A stretch of DNA of 64,000 bases from positions 108,752-172,751 of the forward strand of contig JBBDXS010000003.1 of assembly GCA_040902195.1 (NCBI GenBank). The letters run 5' to 3'. This document shows positions 44,698 to 53,634 of this stretch, piece by piece (positions within the stretch are counted from its first letter, which is position 1; every line of letters starts with the position of its first letter). This DNA is from Dehalococcoidia bacterium (lineage in GTDB: Bacteria; Chloroflexota; Dehalococcoidia; DSTF01; RBG-16-68-14). Under the pieces are notes generated by a model. That model did not search any database and was not told the DNA's origin. It was given only the letters and a program-made list of their open reading frames with translations. The position numbers and the translations under genes are program-made.

Positions 44698-45416
44698 TGG
44701 CCGCCACCTTCTCTAAAGAATAGCACCGAGAAGGCGATATTAACAAGCAGCAGATTCATTGCTGCAGCGCCAGCACCAAATGAGGCGAATTCTACCGACG
44801 ATGCAGCGCCGCGAGCGGTGGATATCCACATGAACAACAGTATCACTCCGAACGCCAATAGGCCTGGAGCATCTACCACCGCAAAGAACTTCCGATAGTC
44901 CTCCTTGACTGCATCTTTTACAACGTTGAGCTTCGGAATCGTCTCGCTTGAGAGGACGTATGCCAGCAGAAGATCGATGAGTGCTAGCCACGCAACAATT
45001 GATGCTTCGGCTGTAACCCTCAGTATTCCCGATTCTGCGTCCGTCGCGAAGAGGACGTAGACGCCGACAGTTACGCCACCAGTCCCTATGACAAAAAACT
45101 GGGTCACTATGCTGATCGGCCCAGCCCGACCCGGACCGTCCGCGTACGCTCTTGGGAACTTGTATAGATGAAAGAGAAAGCAATACAGTAGAGACCAAAG
45201 AGAAGCCGCAAGTTCCCAAGTCTCGACATATGGACGTGGTCCGTCTACGCCGATGAAGCCGTTGAGTTTGTTGTTGATACTCTGCGAAATTGACAAGTCC
45301 ATAGCTGTTCCTAGGGGCAGGACTAGAACGAGTGCCACCCCAAGCGCGATCATCGCCACGGTAAACCAGTCGATCGGCTTCTTTCCTGCGGGGTTGTTGC
45401 TGACGCTAGACCCCAA
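44694..45416 (-). CDS. Polytopic membrane protein, unknown function
   Basis: About 6 TM helices. 4-nt overlap with the aminotransferase gene. Confidence 0.5.
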   Translation of the reverse strand: MGSSVSNNPAGKKPIDWFTVAMIALGVALVLVLPLGTAMDLSISQSINNKLNGFIGVDGPRPYVETWELAASLWSLLYCFLFHLYKFPRAYADGPGRAGPISIVTQFFVIGTGGVTVGVYVLFATDAESGILRVTAEASIVAWLALIDLLLAYVLSSETIPKLNVVKDAVKEDYRKFFAVVDAPGLLAFGVILLFMWISTARGAASSVEFASFGAGAAAMNLLLVNIAFSVLFFREGGGQ

Positions 45417-45435
45417 GACCTAGCTCCGCCATAGC

Positions 45436-45834
45436 CTACGCCTCCTCGCTGATCAAACCATCATGTACCACTCGGTAGCCACCCGTTCCGCTGACCAACC
45501 ATTGGTTGGCCCTATTGACCGTACCCTCACTGATTTCTAGGATATGTTGAGTTTTTGTCTGCGTTTCTCCCGCCAGCAGAAGGCGCGCAGCGGCCCACCT
45601 GTTAGCTCCCATCTTTATCTCGTGCGCGGTAAAAACGTCGCGGAGAAACCGGAGCAGCAACTCTCTGTCGCTTGACGCAAACGCCAGTGCATCAAGCAGC
45701 GAACGGACACGCGCGGTTCGGAGCTCTTTCTCGATCCGATGCACCGGCTCCGGCAACTGGCATGCCTCCCATACCTCAAGGCCGCACCGCCCTGACACCC
45801 TAAGGGCGCGTGGCCAGTCCCTACTGGGACGCAC
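45436..45834 (-). CDS. TrpR-like / YerC-YecD family DNA-binding protein
   Basis: FLRDVFTAHEIKMGANRWAAARLLLAGETQTKTQHILEISEGTVNRANQWLVSGTGGYRVV parallels YerC (F..D.cT..Ei......R...A..L......y..I....g.S..TIsR..r.L..G..GY). Confidence 0.55.
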   Translation of the reverse strand: MRPSRDWPRALRVSGRCGLEVWEACQLPEPVHRIEKELRTARVRSLLDALAFASSDRELLLRFLRDVFTAHEIKMGANRWAAARLLLAGETQTKTQHILEISEGTVNRANQWLVSGTGGYRVVHDGLISEEA

Positions 45835-45910
45835 TATGGCAAAGACAAGCTATCGGGTCAAGTCGACGGCCGGCGGGGGAGGGGCGGGCCCGGCCAGCCT
45901 TCCGAGTGAG

Positions 45911-46193
45911 CTATCTAAGGCTCGCCGGAAGGACTAACGGTTTGTAGTCCGCCGCCATCAGCAGTTCGTCGACTTCCTCCACCGCCAGCCCCAACCCGAA
46001 TGAACCGAGCAGAATGAGGGCAGCGCGGCTTGGATTGACTCGCTCTCCTGAGAGAAGTCGTGACAGGTAGCTCTCATCGAGCCACGCGTCCCGGGCAATC
46101 TGCGACTGTCGCTTGCCGCGCAGTTTCGCCCGATCGCCGTACCTCTGCAGGAGAACTGTCAGACTTCCCTCAGTGACTCGCTGAACGCGGACA
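45911..46193 (-). pseudogene. Paralog of the 13612-13911 HTH gene lacking its own start codon (5' end replaced by att/tRNA sequence)
   Basis: Translation ...VRVQRVTEGSLTVLLQRYGDRAKLRGKRQSQIARDAWLDESYLSRLLSGERVNPSRAALILLGSFGLGLAVEEVDELLMAADYKPLVLPASLR*. The frame stays open upstream through the att copy to a TAG at 46244-46246, with no ATG, GTG or TTG in between. Confidence 0.6.
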
Positions 46194-46219
46194 GGGTTCG
46201 AGTCCTGCCGAGGACGCCA
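46194..46219 (+). repeat. Third, shorter copy of the tRNA-Arg(UCU) 3' end (attR of element 2)
   Basis: gggttcgagtcctgccgaggacgcca versus the tRNA aggttcgagtcctgccggggacgcca (one internal mismatch). GC content rises immediately to its right. Confidence 0.7.
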
Positions 46220-46306
46220 GACTCCCCCTCGGTCCGCACCCCGCTACGCCTGGGCCCCATTCGCGCCGATACTACCTCTGGGCGTAGCTTCGCCCTGTGA
46301 GGCCTC

Positions 46307-47020
46307 ATGGATCGCCAGAAGCTATCGAAAGTTGTCCTGGACCATATCCGGGAGCGGGAGCGCGAGAGCACCAACTGGAGCAAGTTCCAGCACCGGTTCT
46401 CCCTGTCTCTTGACCGGTTCGGCGCACTCTCCTTCTGGGAGAGGGGCGTCATCGCAGGAACCGCCCTGGTTGTCGTGATGGCGGTCCCGGCGGTGATTTT
46501 CGCCTTTTCGTCTGGGGGCGGCAGCAACGACGCGCCAGCGAGCGCAACCGTCTCGCGGCGCACACCTGTCGTAAGCGAGTTCCCGACCTCTACGCCTATC
46601 ACGAGCGGGCCCACGCCGAAGCCGATCGCCATTGGCGGCTCGCGGCCGACGGCGACGCCGGAGCCAAGTTCCAACCGCGAAGACTGCGCCGCGATCGAGG
46701 GCACCGCGTACCAGAGCGACGAAGAGCGCCAATGGTACGAGGACAACTGCGACGAAAGGGAGCCACCATCGACTGACGAGCCAGAAGGCGGCAACCCACC
46801 ACCGCCGACCGCACAACCGCCAACGCAGCCACCGCCACCGACCCAACCCCCGGCGAACCAGGGTCTCACCGCGGGCGAGGCCGCCGCAATGGGGGCGCAG
46901 TTCCTCGGCGTGAGCAGCGGCTCGTGCAGCGCCAGCCACGCCGGTTCGTACTGGAGCGTCAACTGCGGGTCGACACGGGTGTGCGTCTTCGAGAACCCCG
47001 TCCTCGTCGACTACTGCTAG
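46307..47020 (+). CDS. Membrane-anchored Pro/Thr-rich protein with Cys-containing C-terminal domain
   Basis: TM helix VIAGTALVVVMAVPAVIFAF, PTPKP/PPPTQPP low-complexity linker, C-terminal cysteines. Confidence 0.45.
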   Translation: MDRQKLSKVVLDHIRERERESTNWSKFQHRFSLSLDRFGALSFWERGVIAGTALVVVMAVPAVIFAFSSGGGSNDAPASATVSRRTPVVSEFPTSTPITSGPTPKPIAIGGSRPTATPEPSSNREDCAAIEGTAYQSDEERQWYEDNCDEREPPSTDEPEGGNPPPPTAQPPTQPPPPTQPPANQGLTAGEAAAMGAQFLGVSSGSCSASHAGSYWSVNCGSTRVCVFENPVLVDYC

Positions 47021-47174
47021 CCAATACGAGACGCTTCGCAGCCGGATCGCGATGGGCCTTCGGGGATTCCTCTAGGCCCGTCGGGGAACCCCCGATACCG
47101 CCCCTCCTCCTCTTGATACGACAATGAGTGAAGGGCGATTGCGCCTCAATCGGCCACATTCTAGAGGAGGCTCC

Positions 47175-48101
47175 GTGCTCGGCAAGGGAATGCGCATCGG
47201 CTTTCTGCTCGCCGCGATGGTCGCGACGCTCGTGGTAGCGCGCGACGCCGCCGCCGAGGGCGAAGTTGTTGCTGCCGGCTCCGCGATCGTCGACCTCGAC
47301 GGCGGAGGCGCGGTGAACGTCGTCGTTCAGGGCGTCGACGCACCTGGCCTCGGCGCCTGGTCGATCAACGTGACCTACGACGACGAGGTGGTAGCCGCGG
47401 TCGGCTGCGACCCGCAGAACGGGAGCGTCTGCAACCCGGCGTTCTCGCCGGACACCGTTCGCATCAGCGGCGCGAACGCCAACGGTATCGAAGGCGACGT
47501 GACGCTCGGAACGATCTCCTTCCGCTGTGTCGCCGAGGGCACGAGCCCGCTAAGCGTGGCGATCAACATCCTGGCCGACTCGACAATCGGCAGTCCGCAG
47601 GACATTGAGGCCGCAACGCAGAACGGCGGCATTACTTGCCAGGACGCTGTCAATCCCACCGCGACGCCAACGCCTCCGGCGGCGACGGGCACACAGGCGC
47701 CGATCGCGACATCGACGCCGTCCGCCGGTAGCTTTCCGATAGCAGGCGGCGGCCCGGGGTTCGGCAAGACAGACCCCATGACGTGGATCATCGCTGCGTT
47801 CGCCGGTGCGGGCCTCGCCTGGCTAAGCGCCGCCGTGGCCGGCGTGCGTCTTATGAACGACGGGCCGGGCCGCGCGCCTACACAATCGACGCCGCAGCCG
47901 CCCCGGGTGCCGCCATTTCAGGTAGCGCTGCGGCCGCGCTCCGCGGCCCGGCGCTCGCGCCTCCTCCCGACCCAACGCACGCCTATCCCGCCGCACAGAC
48001 CGGACTGGGCAACGCAGGCACGCGACAGGCTGGATGACATAGGCAAGCCGAGGCGTCCTCGCGACGATGACGCGTTCTCCGATCCTCGAAGAGATTCCTA
48101 G
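47175..48101 (+). CDS. Cohesin-domain protein, membrane-anchored
   Basis: Signal peptide. AVNVVVQGVDAPGLGAWSINVTYDDEVVAAVGCDP...GDVTLGTISFRCVAEGTSPLSVAI resembles a type I cohesin beta-sandwich. TM helix near the C-terminus. GTG at 47175 lies 4 nt after GAGGAGG (alternative ATG at 47190). Confidence 0.5.
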   Translation: MLGKGMRIGFLLAAMVATLVVARDAAAEGEVVAAGSAIVDLDGGGAVNVVVQGVDAPGLGAWSINVTYDDEVVAAVGCDPQNGSVCNPAFSPDTVRISGANANGIEGDVTLGTISFRCVAEGTSPLSVAINILADSTIGSPQDIEAATQNGGITCQDAVNPTATPTPPAATGTQAPIATSTPSAGSFPIAGGGPGFGKTDPMTWIIAAFAGAGLAWLSAAVAGVRLMNDGPGRAPTQSTPQPPRVPPFQVALRPRSAARRSRLLPTQRTPIPPHRPDWATQARDRLDDIGKPRRPRDDDAFSDPRRDS

Positions 48102-48115
48102 CTGATCTAGCGCCC

Positions 48116-49537
48116 CTACGGAGGCGGCGTCACCACCGGCGGCTGCGTGTTCGTCGGTGGGGGCGGCTGCGTCGGCGGCACCGCCGTCGGCGGGGGCGGT
48201 GGCGGGTTCGTCGGCGGAGGTGGCGGCTGTGTCGGCAATGGCGTCGACGTCACAGGTATCGGGGGGAGCGTCGGCGTGAGCGTGGGCGTAGACGTGCGCG
48301 TCGGCGAAGGGGTGCGCGTAATCGTGCCGGTCACCGTCGGCGTAGCGGTGCCCTTGCTCCCTCCATCACCGCCACCGAACGCGCCAGCGCTGCAAAGCGC
48401 GGCAAGCACAATGACCACAACCAGCATTGCGCCGAGGAGCATTGCGAGAAGCGGGCCGCGCGCGTCGCCACTCGCGAAGAGCCCGTTGACCCAACCACCA
48501 AAGCCGCCGCCACCACTTCCGTATGTCGTGGGCGGCGGCGCGATCGGAGCGGGCGGAGGCAAGACGGCCGCGCCCGTGCGCTGCGTTGTGGGTGACGGTG
48601 GAGGGGCAGGACGCGGCTGGGGAGAAGTCATCGCTGCCGCGGCGACGGGGCCGAACGCACCGCCGGCCAGCTCCTCCAGCCGCGCGAGCATGGCCTCCCT
48701 CCAGCCACGAGGCGCCTCGACAGGCTGGAGGGCGGCGTACACGTTCGCCGCCGGCGGGTAGCTCATCCGCGTCCGGCGGCAGATCTGGCAGGTCTGAAGG
48801 TGCTTCAGGACGCGCCGGCGCACGGGCACGGACCATGCCTCCTCACCGACGAGGAAGTCCAGGTCGACGCAGGCGCGACGTCCGCGATGCGTCAGCAGAA
48901 GAGCTGAGAACGAGTCCTCGAGCCCCTGCTGCAACCGCACGAGACGCTGCCGGACCGTCTCCGGCCTGGTACGCAGGACAGCGGCAATCTCTTCGTCGCT
49001 CAGCCCCTGCCGCACCTGGAGATCGAGCGGCTCCAGCTCCTCGGGGCGAGCGGCGCTGGCGACCAGCCAGACCACTCGCGCCAATTCGGGCGCTTCGCTG
49101 GCGACAGCCGGGTCGGCCGCCCACACGGGATCGGGCGTATCGAACGCCTCCTGTGTGCTTTCGGGTTGCGGACCGCGCCGGCGTCGCAGGCGGTCCGATA
49201 TGTCGCGATGCGCCGCGGCGAAGAGCTGCACCTCGAACGATGGGTAGGCCTCGCCGGCCTGGAGCTCCTGATAGACCGCGAGGTAGCTTGCCTGCACAGC
49301 CAGCGCCGCTTCTTCGCGGTCGCGCAGGACGCGCAAAGCGAAGTCGTACACACGGCCGAAGGAGTCGTTGTAGAGCTGTTGAAAAGACGAGCCGCCGCCG
49401 GAACCGCCTGTCCGGCCAGCGTCCCCGATGTGGCCGCCTCCCGCGTCAATGCCACCCACGCCCAAGAGCGAGCTTCCTTTCTCTACTCCTCCGCAGTCTC
49501 CTAGTGTACACATTGCGCCGTCTGATGCCAGACCCAC
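48116..49537 (-). CDS. Sigma-70 family factor fused to a zf-HC2-type anti-sigma region, TM helix and Pro-rich tail
   Basis: Region 2-like FGRVYDFALRVLRDREEAALAVQASYLAVY. Region 4-like LSDEEIAAVLRTRPETVRQRLVRLQ. LKHLQTCQICRRT zinc-finger motif. TM helix LLAMLLGAMLVVVIVLAALC. Confidence 0.6.
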   Translation of the reverse strand: MGLASDGAMCTLGDCGGVEKGSSLLGVGGIDAGGGHIGDAGRTGGSGGGSSFQQLYNDSFGRVYDFALRVLRDREEAALAVQASYLAVYQELQAGEAYPSFEVQLFAAAHRDISDRLRRRRGPQPESTQEAFDTPDPVWAADPAVASEAPELARVVWLVASAARPEELEPLDLQVRQGLSDEEIAAVLRTRPETVRQRLVRLQQGLEDSFSALLLTHRGRRACVDLDFLVGEEAWSVPVRRRVLKHLQTCQICRRTRMSYPPAANVYAALQPVEAPRGWREAMLARLEELAGGAFGPVAAAAMTSPQPRPAPPPSPTTQRTGAAVLPPPAPIAPPPTTYGSGGGGFGGWVNGLFASGDARGPLLAMLLGAMLVVVIVLAALCSAGAFGGGDGGSKGTATPTVTGTITRTPSPTRTSTPTLTPTLPPIPVTSTPLPTQPPPPPTNPPPPPPTAVPPTQPPPPTNTQPPVVTPPP

Positions 49538-50571
49538 CCGGCGCGTCTGATATACTCGCCCCGCTCATGAAGGCAGGCAAGCTCCCGCCCGCGCTCCTCG
49601 AGCGCCTACTGGCGCGTCTTCCGTCCGATCCTCGCCTGCTCTTGGGCCCGGGAATCGGTCGCGACGCCGCCGCGATCGAACTCGGCAACGGGCGCGTGCT
49701 CGTCGCGAAGACGGACCCCGTCACGTTCGCAACGGACCAGATCGGGCGTTATGTCGTACACGTGAACGCCAATGACGTCGCCTGCCTCGGCGCGCAGCCG
49801 CTCTGGTTCCTCGCCACCGCCCTGCTGCCGGAGAGCGCCTCGCCCGACCTAGCGGAGGAGATCTTCGAGCAGATCCGGGCGACCTGCGAAGAGCTCGGCA
49901 TCGTGCCAGTCGGCGGCCATACCGAGATCACGCTCGGTCTCGATAGGCCCATCATCGCCGGCACGATGCTCGGCGAAGTGGAAGCGGACGGCCTGGTCCG
50001 GCCGGACGCGGCGCGTGAAGGGGACCACATCGTGCTCACGAAGAGCATCGCGATCGAGGGCACGGCGCTGCTCGCGCGAGACGCGCCGGACGCGCTGCGC
50101 GCGCGTGGCGTGGCCCACGACATAATCGATGCGGCGGCGCAGTTATTGTCGCGTCCCGGCATCAGCGTCGTGCGCGAGGCGCTCGCCGCCTGCGCGACAG
50201 GCCGCGTACACGCGCTGCACGATCCAACGGAGGGCGGCCTCGCGACGGCGCTGGCGGAGCTCGGCAAGGCGTGCGGCGCATCGGTACTCGTCCGGCGCGA
50301 GGATGTGCCGGTGCTTGACGAAACGGCATCGATCTGCGAAACGCTCGGCCTCGATCCGCTCGGGCTGCTGGCGTCCGGCGCGCTGCTGATCGTGACGCCG
50401 GAGGACGCGTGCGAGGGCATGTGTGCCGCCGTGCACAAAGAAGGCAGCGGCGCGGTTTGCATTGGCGAGGTGGCCCCGCCAGGGGGAGACGTTATAATAG
50501 ACGAACGAAGCCGGGCACCGCTTCCTCGATTTGAGCGGGACGAGTTGGCGCGGTTTCTGGATTCCATCTAA
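49525..50571 (+). CDS. AIR synthase-related (PurM/HypE/ThiL-fold) protein
   Basis: GIGRDAAAIELGNGRVLVAKTDPVTF...VHVNANDVACLGAQPLWF...VGGHTEIT...HDPTEGGLATAL. Start set at the ATG at 49525; the long upstream track ORF is an Arg-rich artefact. Confidence 0.7.
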   Translation: MPDPPGASDILAPLMKAGKLPPALLERLLARLPSDPRLLLGPGIGRDAAAIELGNGRVLVAKTDPVTFATDQIGRYVVHVNANDVACLGAQPLWFLATALLPESASPDLAEEIFEQIRATCEELGIVPVGGHTEITLGLDRPIIAGTMLGEVEADGLVRPDAAREGDHIVLTKSIAIEGTALLARDAPDALRARGVAHDIIDAAAQLLSRPGISVVREALAACATGRVHALHDPTEGGLATALAELGKACGASVLVRREDVPVLDETASICETLGLDPLGLLASGALLIVTPEDACEGMCAAVHKEGSGAVCIGEVAPPGGDVIIDERSRAPLPRFERDELARFLDSI

Positions 50572-50600
50572 CACATCATTTGCAAGGGGTGGGGAAACAC

Positions 50601-51998
50601 ATGACAGACGCGAAGGCAATGACGATCGGGCAGCTACGGCAGTCGGGGTACCAGGTTGCCTCCATCAAGGAGGAGATGCGCCGTAACCTGATCGGGAAGA
50701 TCCAGCGCAAGGAGCCGGTCCTGCCGGGCATTGTCGGCTATGAGGAGTCCGTCTTCCCGCAGCTCGAGAACGCGATCCTTTCCGGGCAAGACATCATCTT
50801 CCTTGGCGAGCGCGGCCAGGCGAAGTCGCGCATGATCCGCGCGATGATCAGCCTGCTCGATGAAGAAGTCCCGATCATCGTGGACTGCGAGATCAACGAC
50901 AACCCGTACGAGCCGATCTGCAAGCGCTGTCGCGACCTGGTTCTCGAGCACGGCGAGGACACCCCAATCGAGTGGCTTTCGCGCGACCGTCGCTACGGCG
51001 AGAAGCTCGCGACGCCGGACAGCACGATCGCCGACTTGATCGGCGAAGTCGACCCGATCAAAGTCGCGGAGGGCCGCTACCTGAGCGATGAGCTAACGAT
51101 CCACTACGGGCTCGTCCCGCGCACGAACCGCGGCATCTTTTGCATCAACGAGCTGCCGGACCTTGCGGAGCGCATCCAGGTCGGCTTGCTCAACATCATG
51201 GAAGAACGCGACGTACAGATCCGCGGCTTCCGCATCCGCCTGCCGCTGGACGTCTTCCTCGTCGCGAGCGCGAATCCGGAGGACTACACGAACCGCGGAC
51301 GGATCATCACGCCACTGCGCGATCGATACGGCGCGCAAATCCGCACGCACTACCCGCGTACGGTCGCGCACGAGATCGACATCATGGACCAGGAGCACAC
51401 GCGCTTCGACGATGACTATCAGGTCACCGTTCCGCCCTACATGAAGGAGATCGTCGCCGAGATTACGCGTCTCGCGCGGCGCAGTCCGGACATCAACCAG
51501 CGCTCCGGCGTCTCCGTCCGCGCATCGATCGCCGACTACGAGAGCCTGCTTGCGAACGCGCTGCGCCGGGCGATCCGTCTGAACGAGAAGGAAGTCGTGC
51601 CGCGCGTGAGCGACCTATCGTTCGTGATTCCAACGCTGAGCGGCAAGATCGAGTTCGACACCGTCGAGGACGGCAAGGAGGACTCGATCATCGAGAAGCT
51701 CGTCCAGGGCGCCGTCGTCGCCGTCTTCAACCGCCACTACAACGTCGTCGACCTCGAGGACGTCGTAGGGCAATTCAAGGCAGGCCTTTCAGCGGAAGTC
51801 TCGGACCTGCTGCCTTCGAAGGACTACGTGAAGCTCGTCAAGCAGGTCGAAGGCCTCGACCGCGCCGTCGCCAAGCTGGAGCCAGGCGAGAGCCTCGCGG
51901 TGATCGCCTCCGGCGTCGAGTTCATCCTCGAAGGCCTGCACCTGAACAAGCGGCTGAACAAGGACCGCGTCGGCGGCCGCACGCAGTACCGCGGCTAG
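50601..51998 (+). CDS. AAA+ ATPase, ChlI/MoxR-like
   Basis: FLGERGQAKSRMIR (Walker A-like), GIFCINELPDL (Walker B), VFLVASANPEDYTNRGRIITPLRDR (sensor/Arg finger). Partnered with the VWA protein downstream. Confidence 0.7.
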   Translation: MTDAKAMTIGQLRQSGYQVASIKEEMRRNLIGKIQRKEPVLPGIVGYEESVFPQLENAILSGQDIIFLGERGQAKSRMIRAMISLLDEEVPIIVDCEINDNPYEPICKRCRDLVLEHGEDTPIEWLSRDRRYGEKLATPDSTIADLIGEVDPIKVAEGRYLSDELTIHYGLVPRTNRGIFCINELPDLAERIQVGLLNIMEERDVQIRGFRIRLPLDVFLVASANPEDYTNRGRIITPLRDRYGAQIRTHYPRTVAHEIDIMDQEHTRFDDDYQVTVPPYMKEIVAEITRLARRSPDINQRSGVSVRASIADYESLLANALRRAIRLNEKEVVPRVSDLSFVIPTLSGKIEFDTVEDGKEDSIIEKLVQGAVVAVFNRHYNVVDLEDVVGQFKAGLSAEVSDLLPSKDYVKLVKQVEGLDRAVAKLEPGESLAVIASGVEFILEGLHLNKRLNKDRVGGRTQYRG

Positions 51999-52008
51999 CG
52001 CGCCGGAC

Positions 52009-53229
52009 ATGCCTCCTCGTCGTTACGCGCTCGTTGGGTGCGGAGTTCGCGGCATCAGCATGTACGCCCGGCCGATCGCCAAGTACTATGGCGACGTCGC
52101 TCACCTCGTCGCCGTCTGCGATAGCAATCGCGCGCGCATGGCCGCCTGTCTCGCGGCGTGCGAGACCGAGCTGCCAACATACACAAGCCTGGACGACATG
52201 CTGCGCGAAACTCATCCCGACGCGCTCATCGTCTGCACGCCCGATTACACGCACCACGACTTCATTATCAAGGCGCTCGAGTCCGGCGCGGACGCCATCA
52301 CCGAAAAGCCGATGACGATCGACAGCGAGAAGTGCCGCGCCATTCTCGCCGCCGAGCAGCGTACGGGCCGTCGCGTCATCGTCACGTTCAACTATCGCTA
52401 TTCCCCGCAGCACCAGCAGATCAGGCGGCTGCTCAAGGAAGGCGCCATCGGGCGGGTCCTGTCCGTGGACTTCCACTGGCCGCTGGACTACATCCACGGC
52501 GCCGACTTCTTCCGGCGCTGGCATCGCAAGATGGAAAACTCCGGCGGCCTGCTGGTGCACAAGGCCACCCATCACTTCGACCTCGTCAACTGGTGGATCG
52601 AATCGGAGCCGGAGGAGGTGTTCGCGCACGGCAGGCGCGCCTTCTACGGCCCGACCCGCGAAGAGCGCGGCGAGCGCTGCCACGGCTGCGACCACGCCGG
52701 AACGTGCGAGTTCTTCTTCGATATGGAGCGCGTCGAGTACATGAAGACGCTCTACCTGAACGCGGAGAGCGAAGACGGCTACTACCGGGACACGTGCGTC
52801 TTTTCAGACGAGATCGACATCCTCGACACGATGTCTCTCAGCGTTCGCTATACCAGTGGCGCCATTTTGACGTACTCGATGACCGCGTACGCGCCCTGGG
52901 AGGGCTATACGCTGGCGTTCAACGGCACGGAGGGCCGCCTGGAAGTCCTCTTCGTAGAGCGCGCACCGGGGCGGGAGCCGGGAGTTGAGATGTCCCTCCA
53001 CGGCCTGCGTACGCCCGCCCGGGTCATCGAGCCCGAGACCGGGCCCGGCGAACACTACGGCGGCGATCGCCTCCTCCGCGACCACCTTTTTCGCGGCGTC
53101 GACTCCGACCCGCTCGGCCTCGCGGCAGGCTCCCGCGCCGGCGCGATGTCGATCCTCACCGGTATCGCCGCCAACCGGAGCATCGCGCTGGGCCGTCCCG
53201 TGAAGATCGACGAGCTGCTGGGGTCCTAA
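52009..53229 (+). CDS. Gfo/Idh/MocA family oxidoreductase
   Basis: RYALVGCGVRG Rossmann start, AVCDSN, and the EKPM motif (AITEKPMT). Confidence 0.85.
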   Translation: MPPRRYALVGCGVRGISMYARPIAKYYGDVAHLVAVCDSNRARMAACLAACETELPTYTSLDDMLRETHPDALIVCTPDYTHHDFIIKALESGADAITEKPMTIDSEKCRAILAAEQRTGRRVIVTFNYRYSPQHQQIRRLLKEGAIGRVLSVDFHWPLDYIHGADFFRRWHRKMENSGGLLVHKATHHFDLVNWWIESEPEEVFAHGRRAFYGPTREERGERCHGCDHAGTCEFFFDMERVEYMKTLYLNAESEDGYYRDTCVFSDEIDILDTMSLSVRYTSGAILTYSMTAYAPWEGYTLAFNGTEGRLEVLFVERAPGREPGVEMSLHGLRTPARVIEPETGPGEHYGGDRLLRDHLFRGVDSDPLGLAAGSRAGAMSILTGIAANRSIALGRPVKIDELLGS

Positions 53230-53603
53230 TGGGCAAGTTGGTAAGCATTGTCCTTGGCGCCTGTGCGTTCGTCATAGGCGTAGTAGCGGGCTTTGTTGGG
53301 ATCTGGGACGCAGCCTTCTCAGGCGTTCTTGCCGGGATTATTTTGGTCCTCCTTGGACTGGGCGACGCTACGAACACCTCACGAAGGGTTCTATATCGGA
53401 CGAGGAGCGCCACGAAGACGGAGGTTGTCGTCGCATCTACGGCGCTGCTGGCTGTGATGACAGCACTTGGGAGCCTCTACATGGGTTGGACGATGAGCGC
53501 GGCTTTCTCCATCATGCCGCTCGTTCTAATCGCCGTGTGGGCAATCGTCTACCGACGGCCGACAGGCAAGAAGGGTCGCAGGCCAAAGGGCTATAATGCC
53601 TAG
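53229..53603 (+). CDS. Small membrane protein
   Basis: Four hydrophobic helices. The start overlaps the upstream stop (TAATG). Confidence 0.4.
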   Translation: MGKLVSIVLGACAFVIGVVAGFVGIWDAAFSGVLAGIILVLLGLGDATNTSRRVLYRTRSATKTEVVVASTALLAVMTALGSLYMGWTMSAAFSIMPLVLIAVWAIVYRRPTGKKGRRPKGYNA

Positions 53604-53634
53604 CGTACGAGACGGATAGAGAAGGGAACGGCTT

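Larger units (their letters stand above)
42104..46193. mobile_element. Integrative element 2 (~4.1 kb), tandem to element 1
   Basis: Bounded by att copies at 42059-42103 and 46194-46219. Its left end (~1.2 kb, integrase) and right end (~0.3 kb, HTH gene) are paralogous to 11258-12400 and 13577-13895. Confidence 0.75.

Noticed and set aside
46159-46962. The 267-aa and 205-aa minus-strand ORFs overlapping 46307-47020, plus similar Gly- or Arg-rich ORFs at 48147-48761 and 48523-49524.
   Set aside because: They are mirror images of Pro-rich or GC-rich coding regions, with no motifs and junk-like composition. The 5' part of 48523-50571 was trimmed to the ATG at 49525.
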